27,194 nucleotides of DNA, taken from IMG/VR virus record IMGVR_UViG_3300020045_006965, positions 1-27,194 of that record; one strand, given 5' to 3'. Positions within the stretch are counted from its first letter, which is position 1, and every line of letters begins with the position of its first letter. Made by a program: the position numbers and the translations under genes. The notes below the pieces were generated by a model. The model made no database searches. It saw nothing but the letters and a program-made list of their open reading frames with translations, and was not told where the DNA came from. This DNA is from a virus. Lineage: Duplodnaviria; Caudoviricetes. Shown here piece by piece: positions 1-8,767 of the stretch.

Positions 1-1
1 A

Positions 2-1174
2 TCGTTAGGATTGTCTGCTGACTATATGAGAAAATTGCGTACATGGGGTATTCGCAATAGTTCGCTATTATCTGAGCAACCAAATGGAAATAGTTCTATT
101 CTAGCTAATATTGTTTCTGGTGGTATCGAACCAGTGTTTATGCCAGAATATACAAGAACAGTTATTGTTTCTGTTGTTCCTGAGAATATTAAAGAAGTCA
201 CTCCCAAGTATTGGGAAGGTGAATTCAAAGAGACAGAATTGTTTAAGTTTACCAAAGAAGGTGATGAAGATATTCTAAAGGGAATCTCGAAGGATGGTAT
301 TGTATATAAAATTGATAAAAACCGTGGATTGACCAAAGAAGTTCTTTGTGAAGATTATGGAGTTCGTTTTCTCAAACAAAAAGGTGAATGGGACAAGAAT
401 GCGTCATGGGCAGCTACTACTACAGAATTAAGTGTTCAGGACCATGTGAATGATTTGAAGGGATTTGCACGTTGGGTTGATAGTGCTTGTAGCAAGACTG
501 CCAATATCCCAAATAGTTATCCATTTGACGATTTTAAAACTCTTTATACTGATGTTTATAAAACTGGATATATTAAAGGGTTTACGACTTACCGTTCAGG
601 TACAATGACTAGTGTACTGAGTGCCAAGGATGAAATTCTTTCAGAACCAGAAGAAATTATTCTTGAAAATGTAAAACTTCCAGATAGTTTACCGGCAACA
701 TTAAAAACTCTTCGTGCAGAAGGTCGCAAATGGTACTTAACCGTTATCGAAAATACTGAACGCACTCGTCCTGTGGCTTTATTTGTCCAGACGAATGCAC
801 ATGAGAAAAGTATTACCGCAAATACTGCTGTAGAAAATCTATTGACTCTAGCTAGAGAAAAGGGAATTCCAGAAGAACATATCGTTTCAGTCGAAGAAAA
901 AATTTCTGGTGATAGCAATCCAAGTAAAATTTGTCGATGCATTAGTCTTTGCTTGCGTCATGGTGTTGGTATCAAGAGTATTGTTGCAAAATTAGATAAA
1001 ACAGATTGTCTAGTTGGTACATTTGTTTTCCATATTAGAAAATATCTCGCCAGCTTGATTAAAGATGGCGACAAAGTTCCCGATGAAAAATGTTTAGAAT
1101 GTGGTAGTGAAAATGTAGTGTACCAAGAAGGTTGTAAGGTTTGTGTTAACTGCGGTAGTTCCAAGTGCGGTTGA
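2..1174 (+). CDS. nrdJ: Class II (B12-dependent) ribonucleotide reductase, C-terminal part (5' truncated by window edge)
   Basis: RNSSLLSEQPNGNSS..SGGIEP RNR motif, SKTAN and KGFTTYR motifs, C-terminal CxxC...EGC..C..CGSSKCG tail typical of NrdJ; frame open from base 2. Confidence 0.85.
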   Translation, partial: SLGLSADYMRKLRTWGIRNSSLLSEQPNGNSSILANIVSGGIEPVFMPEYTRTVIVSVVPENIKEVTPKYWEGEFKETELFKFTKEGDEDILKGISKDGIVYKIDKNRGLTKEVLCEDYGVRFLKQKGEWDKNASWAATTTELSVQDHVNDLKGFARWVDSACSKTANIPNSYPFDDFKTLYTDVYKTGYIKGFTTYRSGTMTSVLSAKDEILSEPEEIILENVKLPDSLPATLKTLRAEGRKWYLTVIENTERTRPVALFVQTNAHEKSITANTAVENLLTLAREKGIPEEHIVSVEEKISGDSNPSKICRCISLCLRHGVGIKSIVAKLDKTDCLVGTFVFHIRKYLASLIKDGDKVPDEKCLECGSENVVYQEGCKVCVNCGSSKCG

Positions 1175-1182
1175 TGTGAAAT

Positions 1183-1212
1183 TAAATATAGTATATTAAT
1201 AATATACTATAT
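1183..1212 (+). promoter_or_regulatory. T4-type late promoter (TAAATA) overlapping a 12-bp hairpin over the initiation region of the 1215 gene
   Basis: TAAATA 1183-1188; ATATAGTATATT (1186-1197) / AATATACTATAT (1201-1212) perfect inverted repeat ending 2 nt before the ATG. Confidence 0.6.
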
Positions 1213-1214
1213 CT

Positions 1215-1673
1215 ATGACCCAATGGCTTTATAATAATGAGTCGATAAATGAAATTGATCCTTCGTTTATTGGCTTTATTTACATCATTACTCAACTATC
1301 TACCGGTAAAAAATACATCGGAAAGAAAAAGTGTTTCTTTCGCAAAACTTCTCTGAAAACTGTCACACTAAAGTCTGGAGAAAAGCGTAAGAAAAAAATT
1401 AGATCACTAATTCCTTCAGACTGGCCTGATTATTTTGGTAGCTCTAATAACCTTCTAGCCGAAATTGAAAAGTGTGGTGAGGAAGATTTTAAACGAGAAA
1501 TTATCAGATTCTGTAAAACTGAGAGTGAATTGACATACCACGAATCTAGAGAAATATTCGTCACGGACTGTTTATTAAAGCCAGATGAGTATTTTAACGA
1601 ATGGGTGATGTGTAGAGTAAGGCGAGACCATCTGATTAAACGAGATAACCCATGCGTTACGGAATTAGAGTAA
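1215..1673 (+). CDS. GIY-YIG family endonuclease (Seg-like)
   Basis: GFIYIIT...KKYIGKK motif, SDW..YFGS, conserved Glu and terminal YFN. Confidence 0.8.
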   Translation: MTQWLYNNESINEIDPSFIGFIYIITQLSTGKKYIGKKKCFFRKTSLKTVTLKSGEKRKKKIRSLIPSDWPDYFGSSNNLLAEIEKCGEEDFKREIIRFCKTESELTYHESREIFVTDCLLKPDEYFNEWVMCRVRRDHLIKRDNPCVTELE

Positions 1674-1717
1674 AGATCATTCGTGTATTTCACCCGCTTT
1701 TTTGGTATGCAGATCAT

Positions 1718-2404
1718 TTATATCACGTACTCCCATGTATATCCATATGCAGATTTTTTAATACCTTTACAACATTTGTCGATTAACCCGGCGACCGACT
1801 TTAAATTTGATGTTGGTTTTAATGTTCCCTGATGATTAAGCCATTCCGCTACATAATATGGGCCATTAAAAACTTCTCCGGTTTCTATACATCGGATTGG
1901 TATTTTCTTTCTTTTTGCTTCGCTACCCTTCATTATGTGTTCTTCTGACTGCTTCGTGCCAGTCTTGGCAATACTCTTTTTCTTCCTTGTCTCATCAGAC
2001 TGTTTCTTTCCATAACCGGGATGATTTTCTCCTGAGTTGGCTTTCCGTTGTTCTTCTGTCCAGTTACGACCAGAAGACCCTTCTCCACCATCAGTAAGAT
2101 TAAGTAGAATTCCGGTATCGATGTCTTTTCTACCATACCATTTGATATATCTTCTTTCGATCCCGAATGCTCCAACTTCAGATAAATCGTATGATATAAT
2201 GACAATATTAGATAAATCTTTAGGCACAGGAATTTTACCATGTGGTTTCCATGCTCTTTCGAGTTGACCCTTACCACAATAGTATACAGTTCCTTTCTTG
2301 CCTAAGTGTGAATCTTTACATCTAATGTAAAAGTAGACGTAAAACCGAAATGTATCAGTTTTAGATTGTGTTTTTAAATACTGGATAAATAGTTGTCTGG
2401 ACAT
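1718..2404 (-). CDS. Free-standing homing endonuclease, GIY-YIG-like domain with NUMOD3/NUMOD1 DNA-binding repeats
   Basis: FYVYFY...[43 protein letters not shown] repeats, C-terminal [14 protein letters not shown]. Confidence 0.85.
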   Translation of the reverse strand: MSRQLFIQYLKTQSKTDTFRFYVYFYIRCKDSHLGKKGTVYYCGKGQLERAWKPHGKIPVPKDLSNIVIISYDLSEVGAFGIERRYIKWYGRKDIDTGILLNLTDGGEGSSGRNWTEEQRKANSGENHPGYGKKQSDETRKKKSIAKTGTKQSEEHIMKGSEAKRKKIPIRCIETGEVFNGPYYVAEWLNHQGTLKPTSNLKSVAGLIDKCCKGIKKSAYGYTWEYVI

Positions 2405-2499
2405 GAAAGCCTTTAAGAGTGGTTGTCTAGAGTCCTTGGTAGTGTTCAGCTACGCGAAGGACATTTTTATTGACGTAACATGTGTTACAGTCTTATTTA
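2386..2499. promoter_or_regulatory. Structured leader between convergent TAAATA late-promoter motifs
   Basis: + TAAATA 2386-2391, - TAAATA 2494-2499; stems GTCCTT/AAGGAC (2432-2462) enclosing GTAG-TGTTCAG-CTAC, and GAC-GTAACA/TGTTAC-A-GTC (2472-2492). Confidence 0.55.
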
Positions 2500-2734
2500 A
2501 TCAAAAAGGAATTTCAAAAGAATAACACTATGGATATCATTCGATCAAATATCACTAGTAGCTAAACTAAAATGTGTTTTGATACAGGAATATGTGAAAG
2601 AATTTTTCGTACCAAACATTAAATACATTGATATACACGATACTGAAACGATTCGGTGTGTTAGATTTAAAGAATATTTTAGTCATGAAATCATTTTTGA
2701 TTAAATACGTGATACATTACCCATTGGAGAATAA

Positions 2735-4534
2735 ATGAGAAGTTTTAAAGAGTACTTGACAGAAGCAAGAAACCAACATGAAGCACATGTGCAAGCCAAA
2801 CATTTCGATACAAATGAATATCCTGTAATTACAGATAATGGTGGACATATCTCAGAATCTGTGGCTCCTGATCCTGAAAATTCTAAACGAATCATCATTA
2901 CTCACGATGGTGCCAATAAACCAAAGGGTGTATCTGGATTGTCTGTACCTAAACATATGTGGAAAGGTACTGCACCATCTGAAGGTGGTGGTATTAGTAA
3001 AAAAACGGGCGAAATTACTAAACCTACCAAGGGAACTATGGGTATGGAAGATAGGAATAAAGCTCGTGCTGAAGTATACGGGTCTGAGCAACGTGAACCT
3101 CTGTCTGTACCGGAAATGGAAACTTCACATAAAACAACGTTAGAGCAACATTTTGCAAAACCAAAGGCACTACAACTTCATGATGAAAAAGAAGCTATTT
3201 CTCGTTTAAAATCAGCAAAACATCTAGATAGCGGTAGTACCACAGATGAATCTGAAAAAACAGATACTATCCTTCATGAAAAGGATAAAAGCGGTAAGGG
3301 ATATACTGCTGCGGCATGTAAGGGTGTCGCTGGGCATACTGTATATACATCTGGTGCAGGTAAAAATGCAGAGCATCGAATTGTAAATACATGTCCGGGC
3401 CAAACGCGTGGATGTGGTGGCGGTGTTGATGCACATGGTGTTGCCAATACAACTAAAGGTACTTGCTTCGCACCAAATGCTGAAGCACAATATCCTGCAG
3501 CATCTGTGCGCCGAGCATATCTGGATCAATCTAAACATGATCCAAAAATGACATCAGATTATATCTTAGCACATACGCATTCGATCCGTAAAGGTGCAGA
3601 TTCTGCTGATAAACAAGGAAAACATTTCGTTATCAGACCAAATACATTGAATGAAAATGATAGATCAACTAAACATGTTGTTGCTGGGTTGAATAAACAA
3701 CGAGCAGGTGAAGGAAAAGGGAGTATCATCAGCTATCAGTATTCTAAAGATAATGAGTTACATGACCCAGAAAATGGTGTACACGTCACACATTCCAATA
3801 TTGGACCAAAGGTTATCAATGATAAAACAGTAAAAGAGAATGTGAATCGGGATACTCGCCGCGTCAACAATACTGTTACTGCAACAACAACTTCTGGTGA
3901 AGATCTACGTAATGCACAGGGAAATAAAACACCGGCAAAACATTCATATTTGGTAACCAATCTTCCTCGTGGTGGCAATTTGGATATGGAATATCAGAAA
4001 CACGCAAAGCATATCAAGTATTGGGATAAAGGCACGAAACTATCTGATGAAGATATTAAAAGTACACCAAAAGAAGGTCACTTCGATGCTAAAGGTAAAC
4101 CAACAACACCAGAAGCTGCCCACAATGGATTTAAAGTTCTTGGTGATCGCAAATATGAATATCAGAAACAGCATATTCTACACCCACGAATGACTATGGT
4201 AAATGGTCATTCTATTCCTAGTGATTCTCGTTTTCAAGATGATGCTCATATGCCTAGCGACGCAAATAAGTTTAAATCTAAGAATGGAAAATCTGCAGGC
4301 GGCATCGTTGTGACTTCAGCAACAACTTCAACAAGTGGTGAGCGCAGTAATTCTTCATTTACTCACCGTATCGATCAACCAAAACTTGACCAGATCAAAA
4401 AAACTGGTGAACATGAAATCGATGCCCCAGAAGAACAAGAAGCTGCAAGAGGTCATGAGTACAATGGCGAAGAGCATTCCGTTAAAGTTTCTGATATTGG
4501 TGGGCTTAAAAAGAATAAAAAAACTTCTGTATAA
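2735..4534 (+). CDS. Large His/Lys-rich protein with T4 internal-protein-like N-terminus and a Gp88-like Cys motif
   Basis: MRSFKEYLTEA resembles the T4 capsid-targeting sequence; TCPG..GC...TCFA motif; TAAATA at 2702 and GGAG SD upstream. Confidence 0.6.
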   Translation: MRSFKEYLTEARNQHEAHVQAKHFDTNEYPVITDNGGHISESVAPDPENSKRIIITHDGANKPKGVSGLSVPKHMWKGTAPSEGGGISKKTGEITKPTKGTMGMEDRNKARAEVYGSEQREPLSVPEMETSHKTTLEQHFAKPKALQLHDEKEAISRLKSAKHLDSGSTTDESEKTDTILHEKDKSGKGYTAAACKGVAGHTVYTSGAGKNAEHRIVNTCPGQTRGCGGGVDAHGVANTTKGTCFAPNAEAQYPAASVRRAYLDQSKHDPKMTSDYILAHTHSIRKGADSADKQGKHFVIRPNTLNENDRSTKHVVAGLNKQRAGEGKGSIISYQYSKDNELHDPENGVHVTHSNIGPKVINDKTVKENVNRDTRRVNNTVTATTTSGEDLRNAQGNKTPAKHSYLVTNLPRGGNLDMEYQKHAKHIKYWDKGTKLSDEDIKSTPKEGHFDAKGKPTTPEAAHNGFKVLGDRKYEYQKQHILHPRMTMVNGHSIPSDSRFQDDAHMPSDANKFKSKNGKSAGGIVVTSATTSTSGERSNSSFTHRIDQPKLDQIKKTGEHEIDAPEEQEAARGHEYNGEEHSVKVSDIGGLKKNKKTSV

Positions 4535-4555
4535 ATTATTTTTCATATAATTAAA

Positions 4556-4581
4556 AAAAAGGACTCTTTCGAGTCCTTTTT
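4556..4581. terminator. Bidirectional intrinsic terminator
   Basis: AAAAAGGACTC-TTTC-GAGTCCTTTTT. Confidence 0.85.
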
Positions 4582-4637
4582 GCGTTATAATAGAGACATC
4601 TTAAAACGAAATCAAAAATTTTTAACTGGAGTTTATT

Positions 4638-5141
4638 ATGAACGTATCAACTGTGTTTTCCAAGGTGTCTGGTTCTTCTTTTGTTGGTTTGTCTACCAAA
4701 ACAACACCAATCCTCACTGGCGGCAAAAAGAATCCAATGCAAGGACGAATTACAAAAATTATGACTGGTGCTTCTGTGATGGTCTTCCAGAATAAGAATT
4801 CTAATGGTTATGAAAATATGGTTCAGCGTCGTCTTGCTGCAGAAGGTAAAGATCCAGAATCGTTTGTTCTCGGTAACCGTGTATGGGGTGAGCGGGTCGC
4901 TAATAGCCCTATTGTGATGCACAAAGATAAAAAATACGTTGAAGTGATCTTCCTGCGCTCTGGTGTGGTTTCTTATGAACTTGATGGTCAAGCAATCGAT
5001 AAGAAAGATATTATCGGTATGGTTGATAAAGATGATGGTGTTCAGGGTGGGCTCGATAACAAGGTCATCATCCGCACCTTTGCTGAAGAGTCGATCACCC
5101 AAGTAAATATTGATGGTGAAAAATATGCGATGTGCGCATAA
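4638..5141 (+). CDS. Hypothetical phage protein
   Basis: 167-aa ORF, GGAG SD, TATAAT promoter motif at ~4586. Confidence 0.8.
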   Translation: MNVSTVFSKVSGSSFVGLSTKTTPILTGGKKNPMQGRITKIMTGASVMVFQNKNSNGYENMVQRRLAAEGKDPESFVLGNRVWGERVANSPIVMHKDKKYVEVIFLRSGVVSYELDGQAIDKKDIIGMVDKDDGVQGGLDNKVIIRTFAEESITQVNIDGEKYAMCA

Positions 5142-5161
5142 ATAATAAAGATAATAAAGAT

Positions 5162-5193
5162 AATGTGGTCCTTATTGATATAAGGACCACATT
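5162..5193. repeat. 14-bp perfect hairpin (terminator or processing site), no U-tract
   Basis: AATGTGGTCCTTAT-TGAT-ATAAGGACCACATT. Confidence 0.7.
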
Positions 5194-5226
5194 CATGTAT
5201 GGAATACCATTAATAAATATTAATAT

Positions 5227-5871
5227 ATGAAACTATTAAATCTATCCCATTTTCGACCGCAGTTTTTTTCTAAAATAACTAAATTTCTAAAAACATTTAT
5301 CCTAGGTGTTATTATTGGTGCTACCTTAGCTGGTGGTGTGATTCTAAATATCAGACATGAACAGAAAATCCAAGCTGAACAACTCCATCAACAACAAGTA
5401 GCTGCAGAAAAATTAGTCCAACTAAAAAATGAAGCAGCACTAGATACAACAGCAAATATTATCAAACGTGACGGTAAATTATCTCTAGCTACTGCAAAAA
5501 AATATGCCACTTGGATTTATGAAGCTGGATTAAAATATAATGTAGATCCTCTGCTCATTCTGTCTGTTATGTCAGTTGAATCAGGATTCAAACATAACGC
5601 TGTATCTCCTACTGGTCCAATCGGGTTGCTACAGATAGCGGCATCGTGGCATCGTGAAAAAACAACTAAAGCAGCGTTGTACAATCCACGGCATAATATC
5701 TATGTAGGTACTCAGATTCTTCGAGAATATGTTGATAGATCATCTTCTGAAAAGGAGGCATTATTGCGCTATAATGGTTCATTGGGTAAATCTTCGGTTT
5801 ATGCTGTAAAGGTTCTGTCGAAGAAAACTAGATACGAGTCAGAAATTCAAAATGCAGTGAGGGATATTTAA
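5227..5871 (+). CDS. SLT-family lytic transglycosylase with N-terminal membrane anchor
   Basis: VMSVESGF, GLLQI, NIYVGT..L, ALLRYNG motifs; hydrophobic FILGVIIGATLAGGVIL. Confidence 0.9.
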   Translation: MKLLNLSHFRPQFFSKITKFLKTFILGVIIGATLAGGVILNIRHEQKIQAEQLHQQQVAAEKLVQLKNEAALDTTANIIKRDGKLSLATAKKYATWIYEAGLKYNVDPLLILSVMSVESGFKHNAVSPTGPIGLLQIAASWHREKTTKAALYNPRHNIYVGTQILREYVDRSSSEKEALLRYNGSLGKSSVYAVKVLSKKTRYESEIQNAVRDI

Positions 5872-5872
5872 A

Positions 5873-6427
5873 ATGCAGACACTAGATTATTCATTGATCA
5901 GGTTATTTCCAGAAGATAGGGATAAAATTATCCAACATATATTTACTCTACCATCTGATGATAGGTATCTGAGATTTGGTTATTCTATATCCGATGTTCA
6001 ACTTTGGCATTATGTAGAGAAATCGTTATCTACTCAGAATACCAAGAATAAATCAGATTTCTGGTTTGGTATTATTGATCTAGAAAATGATCTAGTGGGA
6101 ACACTTCATGTTGCTATCTATGATGATGTGGCAGAATTTGCGTTTACTACTTCTGTCGATCATCGAGGTAAGAAACTTGGTCAGTTAATGTTTGCTAGAG
6201 GATTTCAACTTGCAACAGAATTTCAGGTAACACAAATCTACATGGCTTGCTTGAGCAAAAATGCACCTGTACGCCATATAGCCAAAAAGTTTGGATTATC
6301 TGTTATGACAATAGGTTCAGATTCTGAGGCATCTGTAAATATTCAGTACCCAGTTCCACTTAGTAAAGTAAACACAGTTAAGATGTCAATGATCGACAAA
6401 AATATTTTTCACATAGAAGGTAAATAA
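5873..6427 (+). CDS. GNAT-family acetyltransferase
   Basis: DRYLRFG, AEFAF, HRGKKLG (acetyl-CoA motif A), N..VRHIAKKFG. Confidence 0.8.
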   Translation: MQTLDYSLIRLFPEDRDKIIQHIFTLPSDDRYLRFGYSISDVQLWHYVEKSLSTQNTKNKSDFWFGIIDLENDLVGTLHVAIYDDVAEFAFTTSVDHRGKKLGQLMFARGFQLATEFQVTQIYMACLSKNAPVRHIAKKFGLSVMTIGSDSEASVNIQYPVPLSKVNTVKMSMIDKNIFHIEGK

Positions 6428-6462
6428 TGGTAACTAAAGTTTTAAAGCTCAGTGCATCTTGA
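6427..6462 (+). pseudogene. Remnant 5' end of the original thioredoxin gene
   Basis: TAATG-coupled ATG reading MVTKVLKLSAS then TG|A where the Trp of WCxxC is expected; parallels MKILKFSAGY at 7206. Confidence 0.7.
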
Positions 6463-6479
6463 ATTACACCAATACGCAT

Positions 6480-6502
6480 TAAATATCTTCTTTAAGGAGA
6501 TA
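6480..6502 (+). promoter_or_regulatory. Late promoter plus SD-sequestering hairpin
   Basis: TAAATA 6480-6485; TATCTTCT-TTA-AGGAGATA pairs over the AGGAG SD of ATG 6505. Confidence 0.7.
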
Positions 6503-6504
6503 AT

Positions 6505-7209
6505 ATGGCATTGGAAGAAGGTGAAGAATTTTTTATACCAGAATATTTTGATTATAAGCAATTTATAGAATCATGTTGAATTAAAGTGTATGATAAATCA
6601 TTGGTTTTACATAATCATCATATAATACCTGTAAATATGGGTGGCGGAAATGAAAAGACAAATTTTGTAAAACTTTCTGTTGAAGATCATATCAATGCTC
6701 ACATAATGTTAGCTAAATGTTGGCCAGATGATACGAAGGGAAATATCGATAATTATAGATCTTCTAGGATGTTAGGTAAATTTTCAATAACTGATACTGA
6801 AACTAATGATGCAATATCTTCATCATATCGTGGAAAAAATAATCCATTTTATGGTAAAAAACATTCCACAGAATCTAGAGTATTAATGTCAAAAAATTGT
6901 AGTGGTCGTCGATCAAAAAATAAATCATATGAGGCGATATATGGTGATACTTCAGAATTGGAACGTCTTAAACGTAGTGATGGTGTTAAATCATCGTGGG
7001 AAAATATGACTGAAGAAGAATTAGCTGAACGGTCACATAATATATCATTAGGTTTGCGCGCACATATAAATTCGCCTGATTATAAAAATGGATTTTCTAT
7101 TTCTATTATAGTTGAAGGTATAGAATATAACAGTTATGCTGCTGCTGCACGGTTTTATGGGATTAGTGGTTATAAATTGAAAAAACTTTATGAGATAATT
7201 GAAAAATGA
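6505..7209 (+). CDS. HNH homing endonuclease with NUMOD3; in-frame TGA at 6577 (likely inactivated; open part 6586-7209)
   Basis: HNHHIIP..MGG.N...N...L...DH..AH HNH motif; GKNNPFYGKKHS NUMOD3; SD-led ATG 6505 in frame with GTG 6586. Confidence 0.8.
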
Positions 7210-7457
7210 AAATATTAAAATTCTCCGCAGGATATTGTAACCCATGCAAGCAGATGGATACACAGTTATATGGTATGAAACATCAACTAGATGGTGTCGA
7301 GATCATTCATGTGGACACAGACGCGTCACCCGAGCTAGCTAAGAAGTATAACATTCGTTCGATTCCTACATTGATTAAACTAGACGATCTAGGTAACGAG
7401 ATTGTACGATCTACGGGATCACTATCTAGTGCAAAACTGTTGGAGTTCCTGTTATGA
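7206..7457 (+). CDS. Thioredoxin
   Basis: FSAGYCNPCK redox motif, YNIRSIPTLI cis-Pro motif. Confidence 0.9.
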   Translation: MKILKFSAGYCNPCKQMDTQLYGMKHQLDGVEIIHVDTDASPELAKKYNIRSIPTLIKLDDLGNEIVRSTGSLSSAKLLEFLL

Positions 7458-7621
7458 GTTCGACTTCTACAAATGACGTTACAGGAGACAAGATTCAGAC
7501 GAAAAATGTTTCAGAAACATATCGTAACAATTTTGATCTAATTTTTCGCAAACCTGTGTTAAAATACAATCATAATCAACCAACCGAGAAAAATGATGAA
7601 ACTCAAAAACCTAGTAATTAG
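7454..7621 (+). CDS. Small hypothetical protein (55 aa), not in ORF track
   Basis: ATGA overlap with thioredoxin; MSSTSTNDVTGDKIQTKNVSETYRNNFDLIF resembles a recurrent small phage protein. Confidence 0.6.
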   Translation: MSSTSTNDVTGDKIQTKNVSETYRNNFDLIFRKPVLKYNHNQPTEKNDETQKPSN

Positions 7622-7946
7622 TGTTGCACTGACAATTTCAGTATCTAGCGCAGTAGCAGATCCTGGTTCATTTATTGTTGGGGCAATTGTTGGGGCAATT
7701 ATTACACAACCGCATCAGCACCCAGTGTATGTACAGCAACCACAACCAGTATATATCCAACATCAACAACCTGTATATATTCAGCAACCACAGCCAGTAT
7801 ATATCCAACAACAACCTGTATATATTAATGAGCAGGATATGCGAGGTTATTGCCCATATCAAGGTGAGTTGTATTATCAATGCCTAGGAAATATGCAACG
7901 CAAGAAAAATGAAGAAGCATATGCCCGTGGTTATCGAGGGTATTGA
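7593..7946 (+). CDS. Predicted exported protein with PVY(V/I)Q repeats
   Basis: Signal-peptide-like N-terminus ending AVA, IVGA x2, five PVY(V/I) units. Confidence 0.75.
   Translation: MMKLKNLVISVALTISVSSAVADPGSFIVGAIVGAIITQPHQHPVYVQQPQPVYIQHQQPVYIQQPQPVYIQQQPVYINEQDMRGYCPYQGELYYQCLGNMQRKKNEEAYARGYRGY
7722..7826 (+). repeat. Coding tandem repeat, ~24-nt unit
   Basis: CC(A/T)GT(A/G)TAT(A/G)T units at 24,24,24,21-nt spacing. Confidence 0.85.
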
Positions 7947-8131
7947 TAGTGATAAATAGATTTCTTCATTGGTTGACACATATTACTGGATCTAACGAAG
8001 GTAGAGTAGCAACGTGGCAAGAAGGTGATAAAATAATGGTTGGTTTTGAGTGTACCGGGTGTGGAAAAATTGATCCAAAGTCTGTACACAGTATTTTTAT
8101 TAAAAAAGAAAGTGAAATAATTTATGAGTAA
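7943..8131 (+). CDS. Small hypothetical protein with CxxC
   Basis: Overlaps neighbours; FECTGCG. Confidence 0.6.
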   Translation: MIVINRFLHWLTHITGSNEGRVATWQEGDKIMVGFECTGCGKIDPKSVHSIFIKKESEIIYE

Positions 8132-8441
8132 CGAAAACAGTTCAGATATCCTAGTCCTAGTCCTATCAAATGGCGATCAACTTCTAGCCGAAGTAACAGA
8201 AACTGGTGGTGCTTATCTTGCAACCAATGTACTACAGATTCTTACTCAACCAGATGAGAATACAGGTCAGATGCGTATGGGTATTGTAGAATATCTACCA
8301 TATTGTGATACATCGGCTGGAATTGCGATTCCAACTGGTCAGACAATTGTCGCAATTCCTGGTGAAGAAATTCTGAATCATTATAATGCGCGATTTGGTA
8401 AGATCATTACACCACCTACTCCTAAGATTATCCTAGGTTAA
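8124..8441 (+). CDS. Conserved T4-like-phage hypothetical protein
   Basis: L.NGDQLLAEV N-terminus and Y..RFG.IITP C-terminus. Confidence 0.7.
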   Translation: MSNENSSDILVLVLSNGDQLLAEVTETGGAYLATNVLQILTQPDENTGQMRMGIVEYLPYCDTSAGIAIPTGQTIVAIPGEEILNHYNARFGKIITPPTPKIILG

Positions 8442-8442
8442 T

Positions 8443-8709
8443 ATGCCTATCTATGGATATCATTGTTCTAATTGTGAACATGATTTTGATCTGTCTAAAA
8501 AAATTGCAGATAGAGATGAAACTTCTTTAGATATTTGTCCATCTTGTTCTGAGGTTGGTCAGATTACTAGACAAGTAGGATCACCGCTTGTAGCATATTC
8601 TATCGCCACTGCTGGGTATGGGCGAGGTGCTGGTGATGGGTGGAAAGAGGTGCTGAATAAAATCCACTCTGCTCCAGGTGCTAAATCAGGATATAGTTCA
8701 TTCACGTAA
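8443..8709 (+). CDS. FmdB-family zinc-ribbon protein
   Basis: MPIYGYHCSNCEHDF...CPSC; DGWKEVLNKI. Confidence 0.85.
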   Translation: MPIYGYHCSNCEHDFDLSKKIADRDETSLDICPSCSEVGQITRQVGSPLVAYSIATAGYGRGAGDGWKEVLNKIHSAPGAKSGYSSFT

Positions 8710-8711
8710 AA

Positions 8712-8744
8712 TAAATAAGGATGTAGGGTAAAATCTACATCCTT
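8712..8744 (+). promoter_or_regulatory. TAAATA motif overlapping a 10-bp hairpin (terminator-like) before phoH
   Basis: AAGGATGTAG-GGTAAAAT-CTACATCCTT followed by TATTACTTTT. Confidence 0.55.
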
Positions 8745-8767
8745 TATTACTTTTGATCGGATTACTA

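Larger units (their letters stand above)
1652..2704 (+). pseudogene. Small hypothetical gene apparently split by the minus-strand endonuclease cassette (5' piece 1652-1717, 3' piece ~2506-2704)
   Basis: ATG 1652 reads MRYGIRVKIIRVFHPLFWYADH up to the endonuclease stop codon; an open frame with no ATG (NFKRITLWISFDQ...HEIIFD*) lies on the other side of the cassette. Confidence 0.4.

Noticed and set aside
5142-5164. ATAATAAAG short tandem repeat
   Set aside because: About 2.5 copies in AT-rich intergenic DNA; most likely slippage
6460-6579. Two nearby in-frame TGAs suggesting TGA recoding
   Set aside because: TGA ends clearly complete genes (nrdJ, thioredoxin, helicase) and Trp is TGG elsewhere; the first TGA is explained by an insertion junction
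6427-7457. Group I intron in thioredoxin carrying the HNH gene
   Set aside because: No room for a ribozyme core around the ORF, and the downstream thioredoxin has its own complete N-terminus
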